From a virus: a stretch of 64,000 bases of DNA. Made by a program: the position numbers and the translations under genes. Below, in pieces: positions 1-9,906 of the stretch. The stretch spans positions 11,801-75,800 of IMG/VR virus record IMGVR_UViG_3300029337_000071; one strand, given 5' to 3'. Every line of letters begins with the position of its first letter. Positions within the stretch are counted from its first letter, which is position 1. Under the pieces are notes generated by a model that saw nothing but the letters and a program-made list of their open reading frames with translations, did not search any database and was not told where the DNA came from.

Positions 1-343
1 ATCCATCAATACAGTTTTGCTCATTAGCATAACCATCAAAATTAACCAATGCATCTTGTGGTTTCTTTCCTCGTGGAGTATCATCGACCAATCTATCATC
101 TCTTTGAGAGCTAATAAATTTTTCAAATTTATGTCTTGACCATTCTGTACTCAGCCAATAATAAATACCTTTCCATGACCAATCAAATTCAAGTAATCTA
201 ATTGGCGAATGTTCAGATATAAGCAACTTCTTTTTAAAAGTATCTGTTGCTTCGTTCTCTGTAAAATCTTTATTATCCGTGGTTCTACAATGATTCTTTA
301 CTCTCTTCCAATCATCACCAAACCAGTTAAAAACTGTTTTCAA
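1..343 (-). CDS. FAD-dependent thymidylate synthase ThyX-like protein, partial. Only the N-terminal part is in the window. TTG start at 343
   Basis: Minus-strand ORF running off the window start. AGGAGG sits 7 nt upstream of TTG. Translation reads EHSP..LLEFDWSWKG..WSRHKFEKFISSQRDDR, resembling the ThyX segment HESPLEH...VRHR..SQQSQRY. Confidence 0.35.
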   Translation of the reverse strand, partial: MKTVFNWFGDDWKRVKNHCRTTDNKDFTENEATDTFKKKLLISEHSPIRLLEFDWSWKGIYYWLSTEWSRHKFEKFISSQRDDRLVDDTPRGKKPQDALVNFDGYANEQNCIDG

Positions 344-394
344 AATTAATCCTCCTATTTTTTTAATCTAATGAAAGTTTAGTTTCCTATGAAT

Positions 395-655
395 TTATTC
401 AAATAACATCTTCAATCTCTCAATAAATGATTTATCTGATTTCACTTTTGCAATCCTAACCCCGTAATGCGATTTTTCATTTAGTTGTTTTAGAATTTTG
501 TTGAGTGTATCTGTATCTTTGACTCTAATTGTAACAAGTGGATAAATAGACATTCCCTGTTTCGTTTTAATTACTTCTACATTGTTCAAAGCTAATACTC
601 CAAAAACATTCTTATCGTCACGCATACAATCCGTATACTGTAAAATTGCTTTCAT
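395..655 (-). CDS. hypothetical protein (86 aa)
   Basis: ORF with GGAGG RBS upstream of the start. Confidence 0.5.
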   Translation of the reverse strand: MKAILQYTDCMRDDKNVFGVLALNNVEVIKTKQGMSIYPLVTIRVKDTDTLNKILKQLNEKSHYGVRIAKVKSDKSFIERLKMLFE

Positions 656-695
656 TATCTACCTCCTAATATCCACATGAAATAATTAATGTTTA

Positions 696-848
696 TTATT
701 TCAATTCAAAATAATTAATAATTTTCCCACAATCTTTTAGTCTATTCATATCTTTTAATGCATCATTTATACTATTAAATTTACATGAACAAATATGTTC
801 TTTTGTTAGATTAATAAAAGAATATGTTTCATCAGATTTATTCTTCAT
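696..848 (-). CDS. small Cys-containing hypothetical protein (50 aa)
   Basis: Short ORF in a 290-bp gap with a weak RBS. Confidence 0.2.
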   Translation of the reverse strand: MKNKSDETYSFINLTKEHICSCKFNSINDALKDMNRLKDCGKIINYFELK

Positions 849-946
849 TATCGTCACAATAACATTATCGTGTTGTCGTTTTACTAACCATGTTTTCGTT
901 ATCTCATCTCCTTATAAACACATGAAATAATGGTTTCCTGCTACTT

Positions 947-1567
947 TTAATCATCATCTTTACTGCTTCCTAACAGTCTTAAAAACAAATTGATGATATC
1001 AAGATATAAAGCAACTGCACTATCTATAGCATTATCTAAAGTTTTTGCATTATTTTGTGCTTCTGCCCAATCATATCCAATATATCCGCAGAATAACAAT
1101 GCGACAATCCAATCCCACCATTTAGGTACATTACCAAATAAAATCATAATAAATTCAATTACTATAACTGCTGATAAACAAATAAATAATGTTTTTCCCA
1201 TTGATAGAAATATTTCTGGTTTAATACTTGATACAATGATAAGCACAATGGTAATCAAAGTAGTCAAAATAAAAGCTTGTACAATGGATGACATATAATA
1301 ATCCTTTAAGCAAATACTTAAAACTACACCAACTGGCAATACAACTAAGTTATATCCTATAAAACTCACAATTGGGTTGTCTGAAAACTCACTCATACCA
1401 ATACCTGCTAATGCAACTACAAAGTAGCCAATTAATACCATTGTTGGATTTAAGTTGCAAAATGTGTCTTGAAAAAATACACACATTATTGTATTCACTA
1501 AAAATCCCCAAAGTAAGATAATACCAATGGCAATGTTATACTGTTTGTCTGTTAATTTGTTATACAT
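947..1567 (-). CDS. BAX inhibitor-1/YccA (TMBIM) family membrane protein
   Basis: 206 aa with about 7 hydrophobic segments. C-terminal DWAEAQ..AKT.DNAIDSAVALYLDIINLFLRLL motif is typical of the BI-1 family. Confidence 0.5.
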   Translation of the reverse strand: MYNKLTDKQYNIAIGIILLWGFLVNTIMCVFFQDTFCNLNPTMVLIGYFVVALAGIGMSEFSDNPIVSFIGYNLVVLPVGVVLSICLKDYYMSSIVQAFILTTLITIVLIIVSSIKPEIFLSMGKTLFICLSAVIVIEFIMILFGNVPKWWDWIVALLFCGYIGYDWAEAQNNAKTLDNAIDSAVALYLDIINLFLRLLGSSKDDD

Positions 1568-1580
1568 TATGTTATTCTCC

Positions 1581-1904
1581 TTATCTTCTACATCTCACAC
1601 TTCCACCAGCATCTATATCACCTAATACGTTACCACAAGTTACAGAGCCACCTGCATCTATATCTCCTTTGACATCTCCACTGACTTCACAACTACCACC
1701 GCAATCAATACTTCCTGAATTGCCATGAACTTCTACTGATCCACCACAATCAATTTTGTTGACATCTCCTTCGATGACGACTTTAATATCACCACTATTA
1801 CACTCTTGAATTGTTTTACCATCTACAATAACCTTTCCATTGTTGATGACAACATTAGCTCCTGAACATGTGATTGTTTTACCATTAATAGTTATTCTGT
1901 TCAT
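1581..1904 (-). CDS. beta-helix repeat protein (bactofilin/DUF4097-like GDIDAGGSV repeats)
   Basis: Tandem DxxGGSV/CGGS repeats. The internal ATG at 1904 has AGGAGG 5 nt upstream, whereas the track start at 1925 lacks an RBS. Confidence 0.45.
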   Translation of the reverse strand: MNRITINGKTITCSGANVVINNGKVIVDGKTIQECNSGDIKVVIEGDVNKIDCGGSVEVHGNSGSIDCGGSCEVSGDVKGDIDAGGSVTCGNVLGDIDAGGSVRCRR

Positions 1905-1946
1905 TTTTGCCTCCTTAATTTTCACAAGAAACTATCGCTTTTTAAC

Positions 1947-2108
1947 CTATCTCTCATCAACCAATTCTTCTAACACTCCACCAACTTCAGCAACAATAAT
2001 TCCTACTGCTAATGGAATAATCGAACCGTTCACTAATGTTACAATTCCACCAATTACTCTGATTGCTGATTTTCCTAAACTAATAAATAAATGTCCTTTA
2101 CTGTTCAT
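1947..2108 (-). CDS. small hydrophobic Gly-rich protein (53 aa)
   Basis: Unlisted ORF. GGAGGAAATTAGAA lies upstream of the ATG. Sequence MNSKGHLFISLGKSAIRVIGGIVTLVNGSIIPLAVGIIVAEVGG.. Confidence 0.35.
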   Translation of the reverse strand: MNSKGHLFISLGKSAIRVIGGIVTLVNGSIIPLAVGIIVAEVGGVLEELVDER

Positions 2109-2634
2109 TTCTAATTTCCTCCATAACTTCTTCCACTATGTATTCACAATTTGATTCTGTAGAAGCAATCTCTTCATATTTAATATTGTACTGATTTAAC
2201 TTATCAATAATTTCTTTTCTCACTTCTTTTGCTTCGTCTTCATTCTGGAATCTTCCTTCGTTTTCATAAGAATGGTGTCTTGTGAGTAAATAATTTCTAT
2301 TATTATATGAATTGAATACATTTAACACAGTCTTGTTAAAATCTTCTCCTAATACTTCATCTCTGTTATATATAGCACCTAAGATTAATGGGGAATCAAC
2401 TACTATTACTTGTACTTTTCCTTTGACTCTTCCCATCTTGAATGACTGTTTACCAAAAAGATATTCTTGGTGTTTAAATACCTCATCATTATTTTCATAG
2501 ACTTTATCTTTGGCAAATTCTGAAACATATTCAGCATTAATTCCGTTTCTTTTTAATCTTGCTGCAATATCCATAGCACAGGTGCTTTTACCTACCGATG
2601 GTTCGCCAAACAAATTTACAACAATTGTGTTCAT
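2098..2634 (-). CDS. P-loop NTPase or kinase, AAA_28-like (NadR ribosylnicotinamide-kinase-like fold)
   Basis: Walker A GEPSVGKST followed by AARLKRNGINAEYVSEFAKD. Start moved to MNTIVV, which has a GAAAGGAAGGAAATT RBS. Confidence 0.45.
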   Translation of the reverse strand: MNTIVVNLFGEPSVGKSTCAMDIAARLKRNGINAEYVSEFAKDKVYENNDEVFKHQEYLFGKQSFKMGRVKGKVQVIVVDSPLILGAIYNRDEVLGEDFNKTVLNVFNSYNNRNYLLTRHHSYENEGRFQNEDEAKEVRKEIIDKLNQYNIKYEEIASTESNCEYIVEEVMEEIRNEQ

Positions 2635-2925
2635 AATTTCCTTCCTTTCTTCCAAAGAAACTGTCGTTATATTTAATAATATGTGGGTAGGGATTTTCAC
2701 CCTACATATACATTACTGTACAAACAGAGGTATTATTAACGTGACCGCCATGGGAAAAGAACTTCCGTACTCTTGGTTAACAGCCAAGCGCATTGTTCAG
2801 TCGTACACTTAAGTACATTTCTCGCTACATAACGGATATTTCGTGTCTACATATTCCACCACCACATTTATTTATTCTCTTTTTTAATATGAAGCAGAAG
2901 CTTCATCTAAGTTGTTATTATTTTT

Positions 2926-3267
2926 TCACTTAATTTCTTTCTTTGTCTTATTTAATAGTTTCTTTAAATACCATTTTTGTAATTTTGAAAATTTAATATC
3001 ATCATACATTTCTTCAAAAAGTCCAACACCATCTCTTTCGAGCATTCTTCTATAAGACCATATTTTATCTTCTTTGGCAGTATTTTTATTGTTTTTAAAA
3101 TCATCACGCATAACAACTCCATCTTCACGAGTAATTTTTACTCTTGAATTTGGACAACTCATACAGTCATCTACATAACATAATCCGAATGGATTGTACT
3201 TGGCACATTCTTTTTGATCACAAACTTTAATCAGAAGTTTATATTTAGTAATCGCTCTATTGTCCAT
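2926..3267 (-). CDS. Cys-rich hypothetical protein
   Basis: ORF with CxxC pairs. The ATG start has AAGAGG upstream; the track start is TTG. Confidence 0.4.
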   Translation of the reverse strand: MDNRAITKYKLLIKVCDQKECAKYNPFGLCYVDDCMSCPNSRVKITREDGVVMRDDFKNNKNTAKEDKIWSYRRMLERDGVGLFEEMYDDIKFSKLQKWYLKKLLNKTKKEIK

Positions 3268-3453
3268 CAACTTCAACCTCTTAACATTATGATTATTTTG
3301 TCATTTTTACGAATCAAAAGAAAGAACGGTTTCAAAGGATTTTTCAACCTCGGAAACCCTTATAAATCAAGGGTTTTGAGAATCGAGTTTTCCAATTTTG
3401 CGTTTAATCCTCTAAATCTATCATTAATATTACCTCCTACTATATTATTCTCT

Positions 3454-3951
3454 CTATCGAAGGTAATTCTTTAAGAAATATTCAAAGTATTCACGAATGA
3501 ATAAACCCGAATATTGATTATTTGGCATAAACATAACTGGAATGTTATACTTGAACCAAAAACTATGAATAGATGCTATAAAAGATTTTCGATTATACTT
3601 TGTATCATAATTGCCTGTGGCAATGTCTTCATAAGAAGCATTTTCGATTAACAATACTTTAGTCTTTGGTGCAAGACATAATTCTTTCTCAAATCTGTCA
3701 CGCTCTTTTGTCAAATTATTACTAATTTCTTCGAGACTTGCTTTTCGTTCAATTACGCAAGTGGTATTAAAATACAAATCACGAGGTATTGATAATTTCT
3801 CGTTAGCAGGAATCATAAAACTATAATCACCATAGTCAAGAGCTTTCTTCTTATAAGAAATTTCTTTTCTATCAAAATAATCTGTAATGTGAGAGTTTAC
3901 TTTCTCACGAGTATCTATAAGGATTACGATGGAAGATATTAACTCTTCCAT
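3454..3951 (-). CDS. ERCC4 (XPF/Mus81)-type nuclease, possible junction resolvase
   Basis: Motifs IDTREK ... LDYGDYSF ... VIERKASLEEIS match the ERCC4 D.RE...GDY...ERK pattern. Start at MEEL has TAAGGAG immediately upstream. Confidence 0.5.
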   Translation of the reverse strand: MEELISSIVILIDTREKVNSHITDYFDRKEISYKKKALDYGDYSFMIPANEKLSIPRDLYFNTTCVIERKASLEEISNNLTKERDRFEKELCLAPKTKVLLIENASYEDIATGNYDTKYNRKSFIASIHSFWFKYNIPVMFMPNNQYSGLFIREYFEYFLKNYLR

Positions 3952-3976
3952 CTCCTTATCTGTGTATTTATACTTG

Positions 3977-6900
3977 CTAAATATCGTCTTCGTCCTCCTC
4001 AATATCATTCTTAATTGCAAATTTACTCAACCAAAACTCGAATTTATCAGGAACTTCCTTATAAATCTTCTTTCCTGTTTGTGGATTTATTTCACCTGTT
4101 GGCTCTTTTTTATTTTTCTTTTCAAGGGAAATTATGTAAAGGACAGAACCCAAATCGAAGGGGTTACGATTATACTGACTTGTCCACATTTTTACATCTC
4201 TTGTTTTCCCACTATAAATTTCAAACAAGTGAACATTTACTATGGATTTTTTGATATCCAATTCAGATACATAATACAAACGTTTGCTTACTTTTGAATC
4301 TGAATCACTTACAATTCCAAGAACTTCTCGTTGGTTGTCTAATCTTTCTTTTAATGTCAATTCTCTATATGGAATTTTTGAAATTAGCTCATTAATAATT
4401 TTGTTAGAATCAAGTTTATTAAACTGCTTTGCAGTCTCATTCCCATATTTTTCAAGAACATCAAATGGCAAGTTATTCTTTTCAGCTTTATCTTTTGCAA
4501 TTTGCTTTGCTCCATTGAGAAGATCATAATATCGTGTAATTTCAAGTAGAGTATTTACATCTCCATATTTCTTAAAATAATTAATCCTAATGAGCTTATT
4601 AACAATGGTTTTATTGATTGAATTAGAAAACAATGCAGTCAAAACGCCTGTAAAAGTTTCATATTCCTTTTGTCCTAATTCATATAAAGTATCAACTACA
4701 CCTTCACCAAAACCTTTGACACTGGATAGATTAGGATATATTAGTTTATTCTCTTCGCTGATTGTAACCCTTCGATTATCTGCACCAAATTCATAATCAC
4801 CTAATTTATATCCCCAAAATTTAATAGCCTCTTTTACAAGAGCATCAATTTTATCCTTTTTATTTTTCTCTTGATAATGGTTAATAGCCACTTCGTAAAA
4901 TGTTTTTGTGTGATGTGCTTTAAACCAAGCTTGATAAGCAGAGTCCCCTCCCATTGAATAAGCATGTGGAGAATTGAAGGCGTATCTCGCAGAATCCTCA
5001 ATTACATTCCATACATTCTTGAAATTATCTGTATTGCCAAATTCATCATTCCATGAGTGATTTAACTCAGAAAGTAAATGTTCTTTCTTCTCGCCCTTTA
5101 ATTTCTTTTTGGAAATAGATTTAATGACACCATATGTTTCACCCATTTGTAATTGCAGGAATGAAAGAACTTTCATAATAGATTCCTGATAAATCATAAA
5201 GTGGGCAGTGTCGGATAACAAGTCATCAATCTTCTTTTCACCTGTTGTATAAGGTTCACGATTTAAGAATGTACTAAGCAATGAGGCAAAACCAGGTCTA
5301 ATTGCTGCAATAAAACTACTTAATTCAGCCAAATTCTGTGGCTTATATTTTTTCACACGATTAGTTGTGGCTTCTTTTTCGCATTGATTGACACAACAAG
5401 TTATACCGTTCGCATAAATATCCCATGTCTTTTTATCATTGTCTATCATATGTCTTAATTCATCAAATGTAGGAACTTCCATACCGATACTATGAAAGAA
5501 TTTATATGTAAGATAAACACTATCTACAATAAGGAAATCTTCTTTAACATATCCAAATTCATCAAGATAACCACCCTCGATAGCTGCACATACTGTTCTT
5601 TTACCAGTTGATTCAGACACAGCACTTATCAGCCCTACTTCTCTTCGTATATCACCATCAAAAATAAAATGTCCACAAGCATGTACTTTTAAGTTAATAG
5701 TAATACCTTGATATTCATTACTTTGTTTGAATAAAGAGATATATTCTTCTGGTATGTAATCTTCAACATGAATATCCTCTTTTTCATCATCATCGGCATA
5801 TTTCAAAGCTTTGTTATATTCATCAAGATATTTTGAAATCTGATTGGCATCTTCAGGTTTAACATCGTTTGCACCTGCGTATAACTGCCATGCTGCTTTT
5901 TCTTTCAATTTTTCTATTGCCATCAAAGGATAACAACCATGTTCACCAAGTAATTTCCTTGCTGCTTTAACAAATGGTTCTTGTGTGGCAACATTCAAAT
6001 CTATATCTGGCATCTGACCTGCTAATACACGTTCCTTAGTTAAAAATCTTTCAGGATAAATTGGAATATCAGCATTGAATCTATCAACGGTTGTTAATCC
6101 TAAAAGCTTATTTGTAATGAATGAAGCCGCACTACCTCTTGATGTAGTTGTTAAAATACCACCTTCATTTTGGATTGCATCATCTACAATAGCTTTACTT
6201 GTCAAGAAATAATCAACAACCCCAGCTTCCATAACTTGTTTTGCTTCATATCTAATTCCATTTGCTTTTTCTTTAGACTTTTCCTTTTCTTTGGCATATG
6301 CTTTATTCAAAGTATCTTTGTAGATTTTACATTTTTCTTTATATGTTTTATTCTTATAAACACTAGGAATCTTAAATTTTCTATCAAGAACAATTTCTTC
6401 ACACTCAGATATAAAAACATTCGTATTCATAATTGCCTTATATATTTCTTCCCTATTCAAGATTCCTTGTTCTTCAAATCTTTTTATAACAGTCTTAGTA
6501 TCTGGATAATCAAGATACCATCCTTCCTCGTCAGGATAATTAATATTCTTATATTTAAGAATCTGATCACGCTTGATTGAATTCTCATCTTTTACATAAT
6601 GACTATCAAGACCACAAATAATCTGGATATTATGCTCTTTTGCAATCCTTAGTATCTTTTTATTCAATTCCTTTTGTTTGTCTGTATTATGATACTGTAC
6701 TTCTAAAAAGAAATTGTTACCAAAATATCTATGCACCTTTAACCATATATCCTCTGCATCCTCATAATTCCATCCAGCAACACAAGCAGATGTTACAATT
6801 ACATTATCTTTGGGAATATTAAATAGTAATTCCAAATCAATACGTGGCTTATAATAATATCCGTCTATATTAGCCATTGATAGAGCAAAATTAATATCTC

Positions 6901-7300
6901 CACGACCTTCAGCATTTTTAGCTGCAATAATCATATGACAATTTGCTCTATCTTTCTCTTTCCTATCTTTTACCCAATAAACTTCAGAAGAATGAATATA
7001 TTTCAGATATTCACTCTCTGCGACCTTATATACTTGAAACTGATTGCCTTGTGAACCATGTTCTCCAGAATATAAACATTTTGCACCAAATTCATGAATT
7101 CTTTCTGCATAGGCATTAATAGATTCAGCACAATCTGGTGTAGATGTATTACTAAAATCTTTATGACAATGATAATTTTCAAGATATAGATTCTTTTCAT
7201 ATTCTTCTGGTGAATATGGGAACTTAAATGTAAGAGTAGGAATTATTTTTTTTATTAATTCAATGTCCGAAATATCAAGCCACCTCCTTAATCTCATCAC
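3977..7300 (-). CDS. DNA polymerase III alpha-like (family C, DnaE-type) replicative polymerase with N-terminal PHP-like segment
   Basis: 1107 aa. PHP-like NYHCHKDFSNTS..D; catalytic PDIDLNVA (DnaE PDIDxDF); AAIRPGFASLL (DnaE RPGP). Exact start uncertain because there is no clear SD. Confidence 0.65.
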   Translation of the reverse strand: MMRLRRWLDISDIELIKKIIPTLTFKFPYSPEEYEKNLYLENYHCHKDFSNTSTPDCAESINAYAERIHEFGAKCLYSGEHGSQGNQFQVYKVAESEYLKYIHSSEVYWVKDRKEKDRANCHMIIAAKNAEGRGDINFALSMANIDGYYYKPRIDLELLFNIPKDNVIVTSACVAGWNYEDAEDIWLKVHRYFGNNFFLEVQYHNTDKQKELNKKILRIAKEHNIQIICGLDSHYVKDENSIKRDQILKYKNINYPDEEGWYLDYPDTKTVIKRFEEQGILNREEIYKAIMNTNVFISECEEIVLDRKFKIPSVYKNKTYKEKCKIYKDTLNKAYAKEKEKSKEKANGIRYEAKQVMEAGVVDYFLTSKAIVDDAIQNEGGILTTTSRGSAASFITNKLLGLTTVDRFNADIPIYPERFLTKERVLAGQMPDIDLNVATQEPFVKAARKLLGEHGCYPLMAIEKLKEKAAWQLYAGANDVKPEDANQISKYLDEYNKALKYADDDEKEDIHVEDYIPEEYISLFKQSNEYQGITINLKVHACGHFIFDGDIRREVGLISAVSESTGKRTVCAAIEGGYLDEFGYVKEDFLIVDSVYLTYKFFHSIGMEVPTFDELRHMIDNDKKTWDIYANGITCCVNQCEKEATTNRVKKYKPQNLAELSSFIAAIRPGFASLLSTFLNREPYTTGEKKIDDLLSDTAHFMIYQESIMKVLSFLQLQMGETYGVIKSISKKKLKGEKKEHLLSELNHSWNDEFGNTDNFKNVWNVIEDSARYAFNSPHAYSMGGDSAYQAWFKAHHTKTFYEVAINHYQEKNKKDKIDALVKEAIKFWGYKLGDYEFGADNRRVTISEENKLIYPNLSSVKGFGEGVVDTLYELGQKEYETFTGVLTALFSNSINKTIVNKLIRINYFKKYGDVNTLLEITRYYDLLNGAKQIAKDKAEKNNLPFDVLEKYGNETAKQFNKLDSNKIINELISKIPYRELTLKERLDNQREVLGIVSDSDSKVSKRLYYVSELDIKKSIVNVHLFEIYSGKTRDVKMWTSQYNRNPFDLGSVLYIISLEKKNKKEPTGEINPQTGKKIYKEVPDKFEFWLSKFAIKNDIEEDEDDI

Positions 7301-8891
7301 ACACTGCTTTTAAAACAAATTTTCTACCCAGAAAGCCACTATCAAGAGTACATACAACCTCTAATTCATCGTTCATCATACTATGATCTTCCATTTCATC
7401 AAATGAACCATCAAAATTCCACTTGATAATCTGTAAATAATCATTGGGTTTTACAACCAAATGTTTATAATCACTCATTTGTCCAATTTCGTATTCATTT
7501 ATTCCATTGATAAATACCTTTACTGGCTTAAAATTTGTTCCAGATATTCTATCTATCTTCTTTATATTCTCCACAAGCTTACGAGTAATATCAGAAACAT
7601 CTAATCGAATATCAACATCCACTGAAACATCAGTATTTAATTCTGGAAGAGTTTCTTCTATATATAATGTAAATCTATCTATATCAGATTTTTCGATTGT
7701 GATTCCTGCCGCAAGTTCATGACCATCACATTTTGCTAAACCACTCTCATTACATATTTTTCTAAAGTCATCCACTCCTACAGCCCTCATAGAACCAGAG
7801 TAATTTTCTCCTGTATCTTTCAATACAAGGATTGGCTTTTGATACTTTTCTAGTAATTTATTGCCCAACAAACCACTGATACCATATGGAGTATTTATAT
7901 ATGTAATAATCATTTTTTTATCTGATTGCAAATTGCATTGTTCCAATACATCTGGTAACAATCTATCAACTTCAACATTCTGATCTTCCTTACATTTTTT
8001 TAATTCCTTTACATAAGCCAATACTTGCTTATTTTCATTTTCCAAAAAGGCTTTCATAGCCACATCATTCTTACCCATACGGTTACTTGCATTTACAATA
8101 GGAGCGACACTAAAAGCAATAGCTGTACTGTTAAATTCAAATCCACCAACTATCTTCTTAACTGCTGGATTATATATTTTCTCCAATCCCTTAGAGACAA
8201 TATATCTATTCTCCATAACAGTCATATCCATCATATCTCCAACGATTCCACAAGCTGCTAAATCAACAAGTTCGTCTGCATAATCTGTAATATATTGCTC
8301 ATCAAGATATTTGCAAAACTTCCATACGACACCTGCTCCTGATAACTGTGGATTCTCATAATTTCTTTGCGAAGATACTAAAATTGAAACTTCATCATAT
8401 AGTTCATTCTCTTTAATTGCATGATGATCAAGGATAATTATGTCTACCCCTATCTCTTTCAGCTTTTTATATTGAGAAATATCTTTATCCAAGCTATCTA
8501 CAATAATCAATAAATCAATTCCATTGAACTGAGCTAAATCTTGTCCTATCAAACCATGCATCTTACCTTCATCTATATAAGTCTTAATGTTATTAGTAAA
8601 ATGCTTTAGATATCTTGTCATTTCTGTTCCAGACGTAATACCATCTAAATCAGTATCAAACAAAATTCCTATACATTCATTGTTTGTAATTGCAAAGTCT
8701 ACTCTTTGATATGCTTCATCTATACGAGATAATGAATCTAATGGTAATAAATCTTCTTCTGTTGGATTTAAGAAATGTTCAACATTTTCAACCCCTCTTT
8801 GATTAAGAATCGTATCAAATACTTCATCTTCATACATTCCACGACAATCGTTTAATATTTTATAATTCGTCTTCGTCATCCTCATCTCCAA
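7275..8891 (-). CDS. DHH-family phosphoesterase (RecJ/NrnA-like)
   Basis: DTDLDGITSG (DHH motif I/II), IIILDHHAIKE (DHH), CDGHELAAG (DHHA1 GGGH-like). Confidence 0.6.
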   Translation of the reverse strand: MEMRMTKTNYKILNDCRGMYEDEVFDTILNQRGVENVEHFLNPTEEDLLPLDSLSRIDEAYQRVDFAITNNECIGILFDTDLDGITSGTEMTRYLKHFTNNIKTYIDEGKMHGLIGQDLAQFNGIDLLIIVDSLDKDISQYKKLKEIGVDIIILDHHAIKENELYDEVSILVSSQRNYENPQLSGAGVVWKFCKYLDEQYITDYADELVDLAACGIVGDMMDMTVMENRYIVSKGLEKIYNPAVKKIVGGFEFNSTAIAFSVAPIVNASNRMGKNDVAMKAFLENENKQVLAYVKELKKCKEDQNVEVDRLLPDVLEQCNLQSDKKMIITYINTPYGISGLLGNKLLEKYQKPILVLKDTGENYSGSMRAVGVDDFRKICNESGLAKCDGHELAAGITIEKSDIDRFTLYIEETLPELNTDVSVDVDIRLDVSDITRKLVENIKKIDRISGTNFKPVKVFINGINEYEIGQMSDYKHLVVKPNDYLQIIKWNFDGSFDEMEDHSMMNDELEVVCTLDSGFLGRKFVLKAVCDEIKEVA

Positions 8892-9888
8892 TCATTGTTA
8901 TCTCATTTTGTAAAACATTTTCTAAACACTCTTTTCCTAAATCAGATGGCGAAACTTTATTCTCATATCCTCGACCGAAGTAACCCCAATATCCAAGTTC
9001 AACTTCTGTAAACCTGGAATAATTTTTAACCATATCAATATTTCTCATAATATTTTCAAGTCCATATCCTACATCATGTAGGAAGATTATTCGTTTGGGA
9101 TTTAATTCGAGAAGCATTTTGACTTGTTGAATAGAAATAGATCCGCTTCCAAGAGACACGCAATTTCTTATTCCGTATGAATAACACTGCATACAACTCT
9201 TCTCAGCTTCAAAGATATAGATAGTATTATCTACTAAAAATTCATAGTTCTGAGAATATCCAAATAATGTTTGGCTCATGCTGCAAGGAACAGCATAAAA
9301 ATATTTCATTTCACCATCAGGAACATCATAATTGAATCGTTCCTTAACACCCATTAACTGTCCAAATTGATTTCTTATGGGAATAACAATTCCTTGTGAT
9401 TCTACATCGTACTTTATGTTAAAAAATTTTTGTGAAAGAAGTGATATATTATCAGCAAGAAACCTTGTATTCCCACAATTAACATAGCAATCTAAGATGG
9501 AATCATCGTATGTATTAACTTTATTAGTTCTTCGCTTTCTAATCTTTTCATAAAATCCTCCAAAAATTCCTTTATTATCAAAAAAATCATAATAATCTGT
9601 AATCCCTAATGCATGTCTTACTTCATTAAGGACATCTATAAATTCAACTTTTCTTTGCTCGATAATATATGAAAAAATATCTTTTCTTATATTTCTCGCA
9701 TAATCAATGGTGTATAAATACTCGTTATTTTCAAGATTGATTACTATACTTTTCTTTGATGACTTTTCATCTCGTCCAAAAGATATATATTTAGGACGAA
9801 TTACTATGTTACAATAGCCAAAATGTTCTAACACATCTTTAAGCTTATCTGGGTGATTTATCAGTTCTTTCTTAATATCTGCTAACAT
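8860..9888 (-). CDS. TOPRIM-domain DNA primase-like protein
   Basis: IYIFEAEKS ... IIFLHDVGYG resembles the Toprim E...DxD pattern. Lies in the replication module next to the helicase and has an acidic C-terminus. Confidence 0.45.
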   Translation of the reverse strand: MLADIKKELINHPDKLKDVLEHFGYCNIVIRPKYISFGRDEKSSKKSIVINLENNEYLYTIDYARNIRKDIFSYIIEQRKVEFIDVLNEVRHALGITDYYDFFDNKGIFGGFYEKIRKRRTNKVNTYDDSILDCYVNCGNTRFLADNISLLSQKFFNIKYDVESQGIVIPIRNQFGQLMGVKERFNYDVPDGEMKYFYAVPCSMSQTLFGYSQNYEFLVDNTIYIFEAEKSCMQCYSYGIRNCVSLGSGSISIQQVKMLLELNPKRIIFLHDVGYGLENIMRNIDMVKNYSRFTEVELGYWGYFGRGYENKVSPSDLGKECLENVLQNEITMIGDEDDEDEL

Positions 9889-9906
9889 ATATCACTCCAA
9901 AAGTTA

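Noticed and set aside
990-1298. Plus-strand 102-aa ORF
   Set aside because: It lies entirely antisense to the 206-aa membrane protein gene, has low-complexity composition and has no RBS.
1840-2154. Plus-strand 104-aa hydrophobic ORF
   Set aside because: It overlaps two minus-strand genes and the small minus-strand ORF. It is an antisense artefact of the AT-rich sequence.
4015-6822. Several plus-strand ORFs (4015-4254, 4284-4529, 4590-4796, 6170-6580, 6640-6822)
   Set aside because: All are nested antisense within the 1107-aa polymerase gene.
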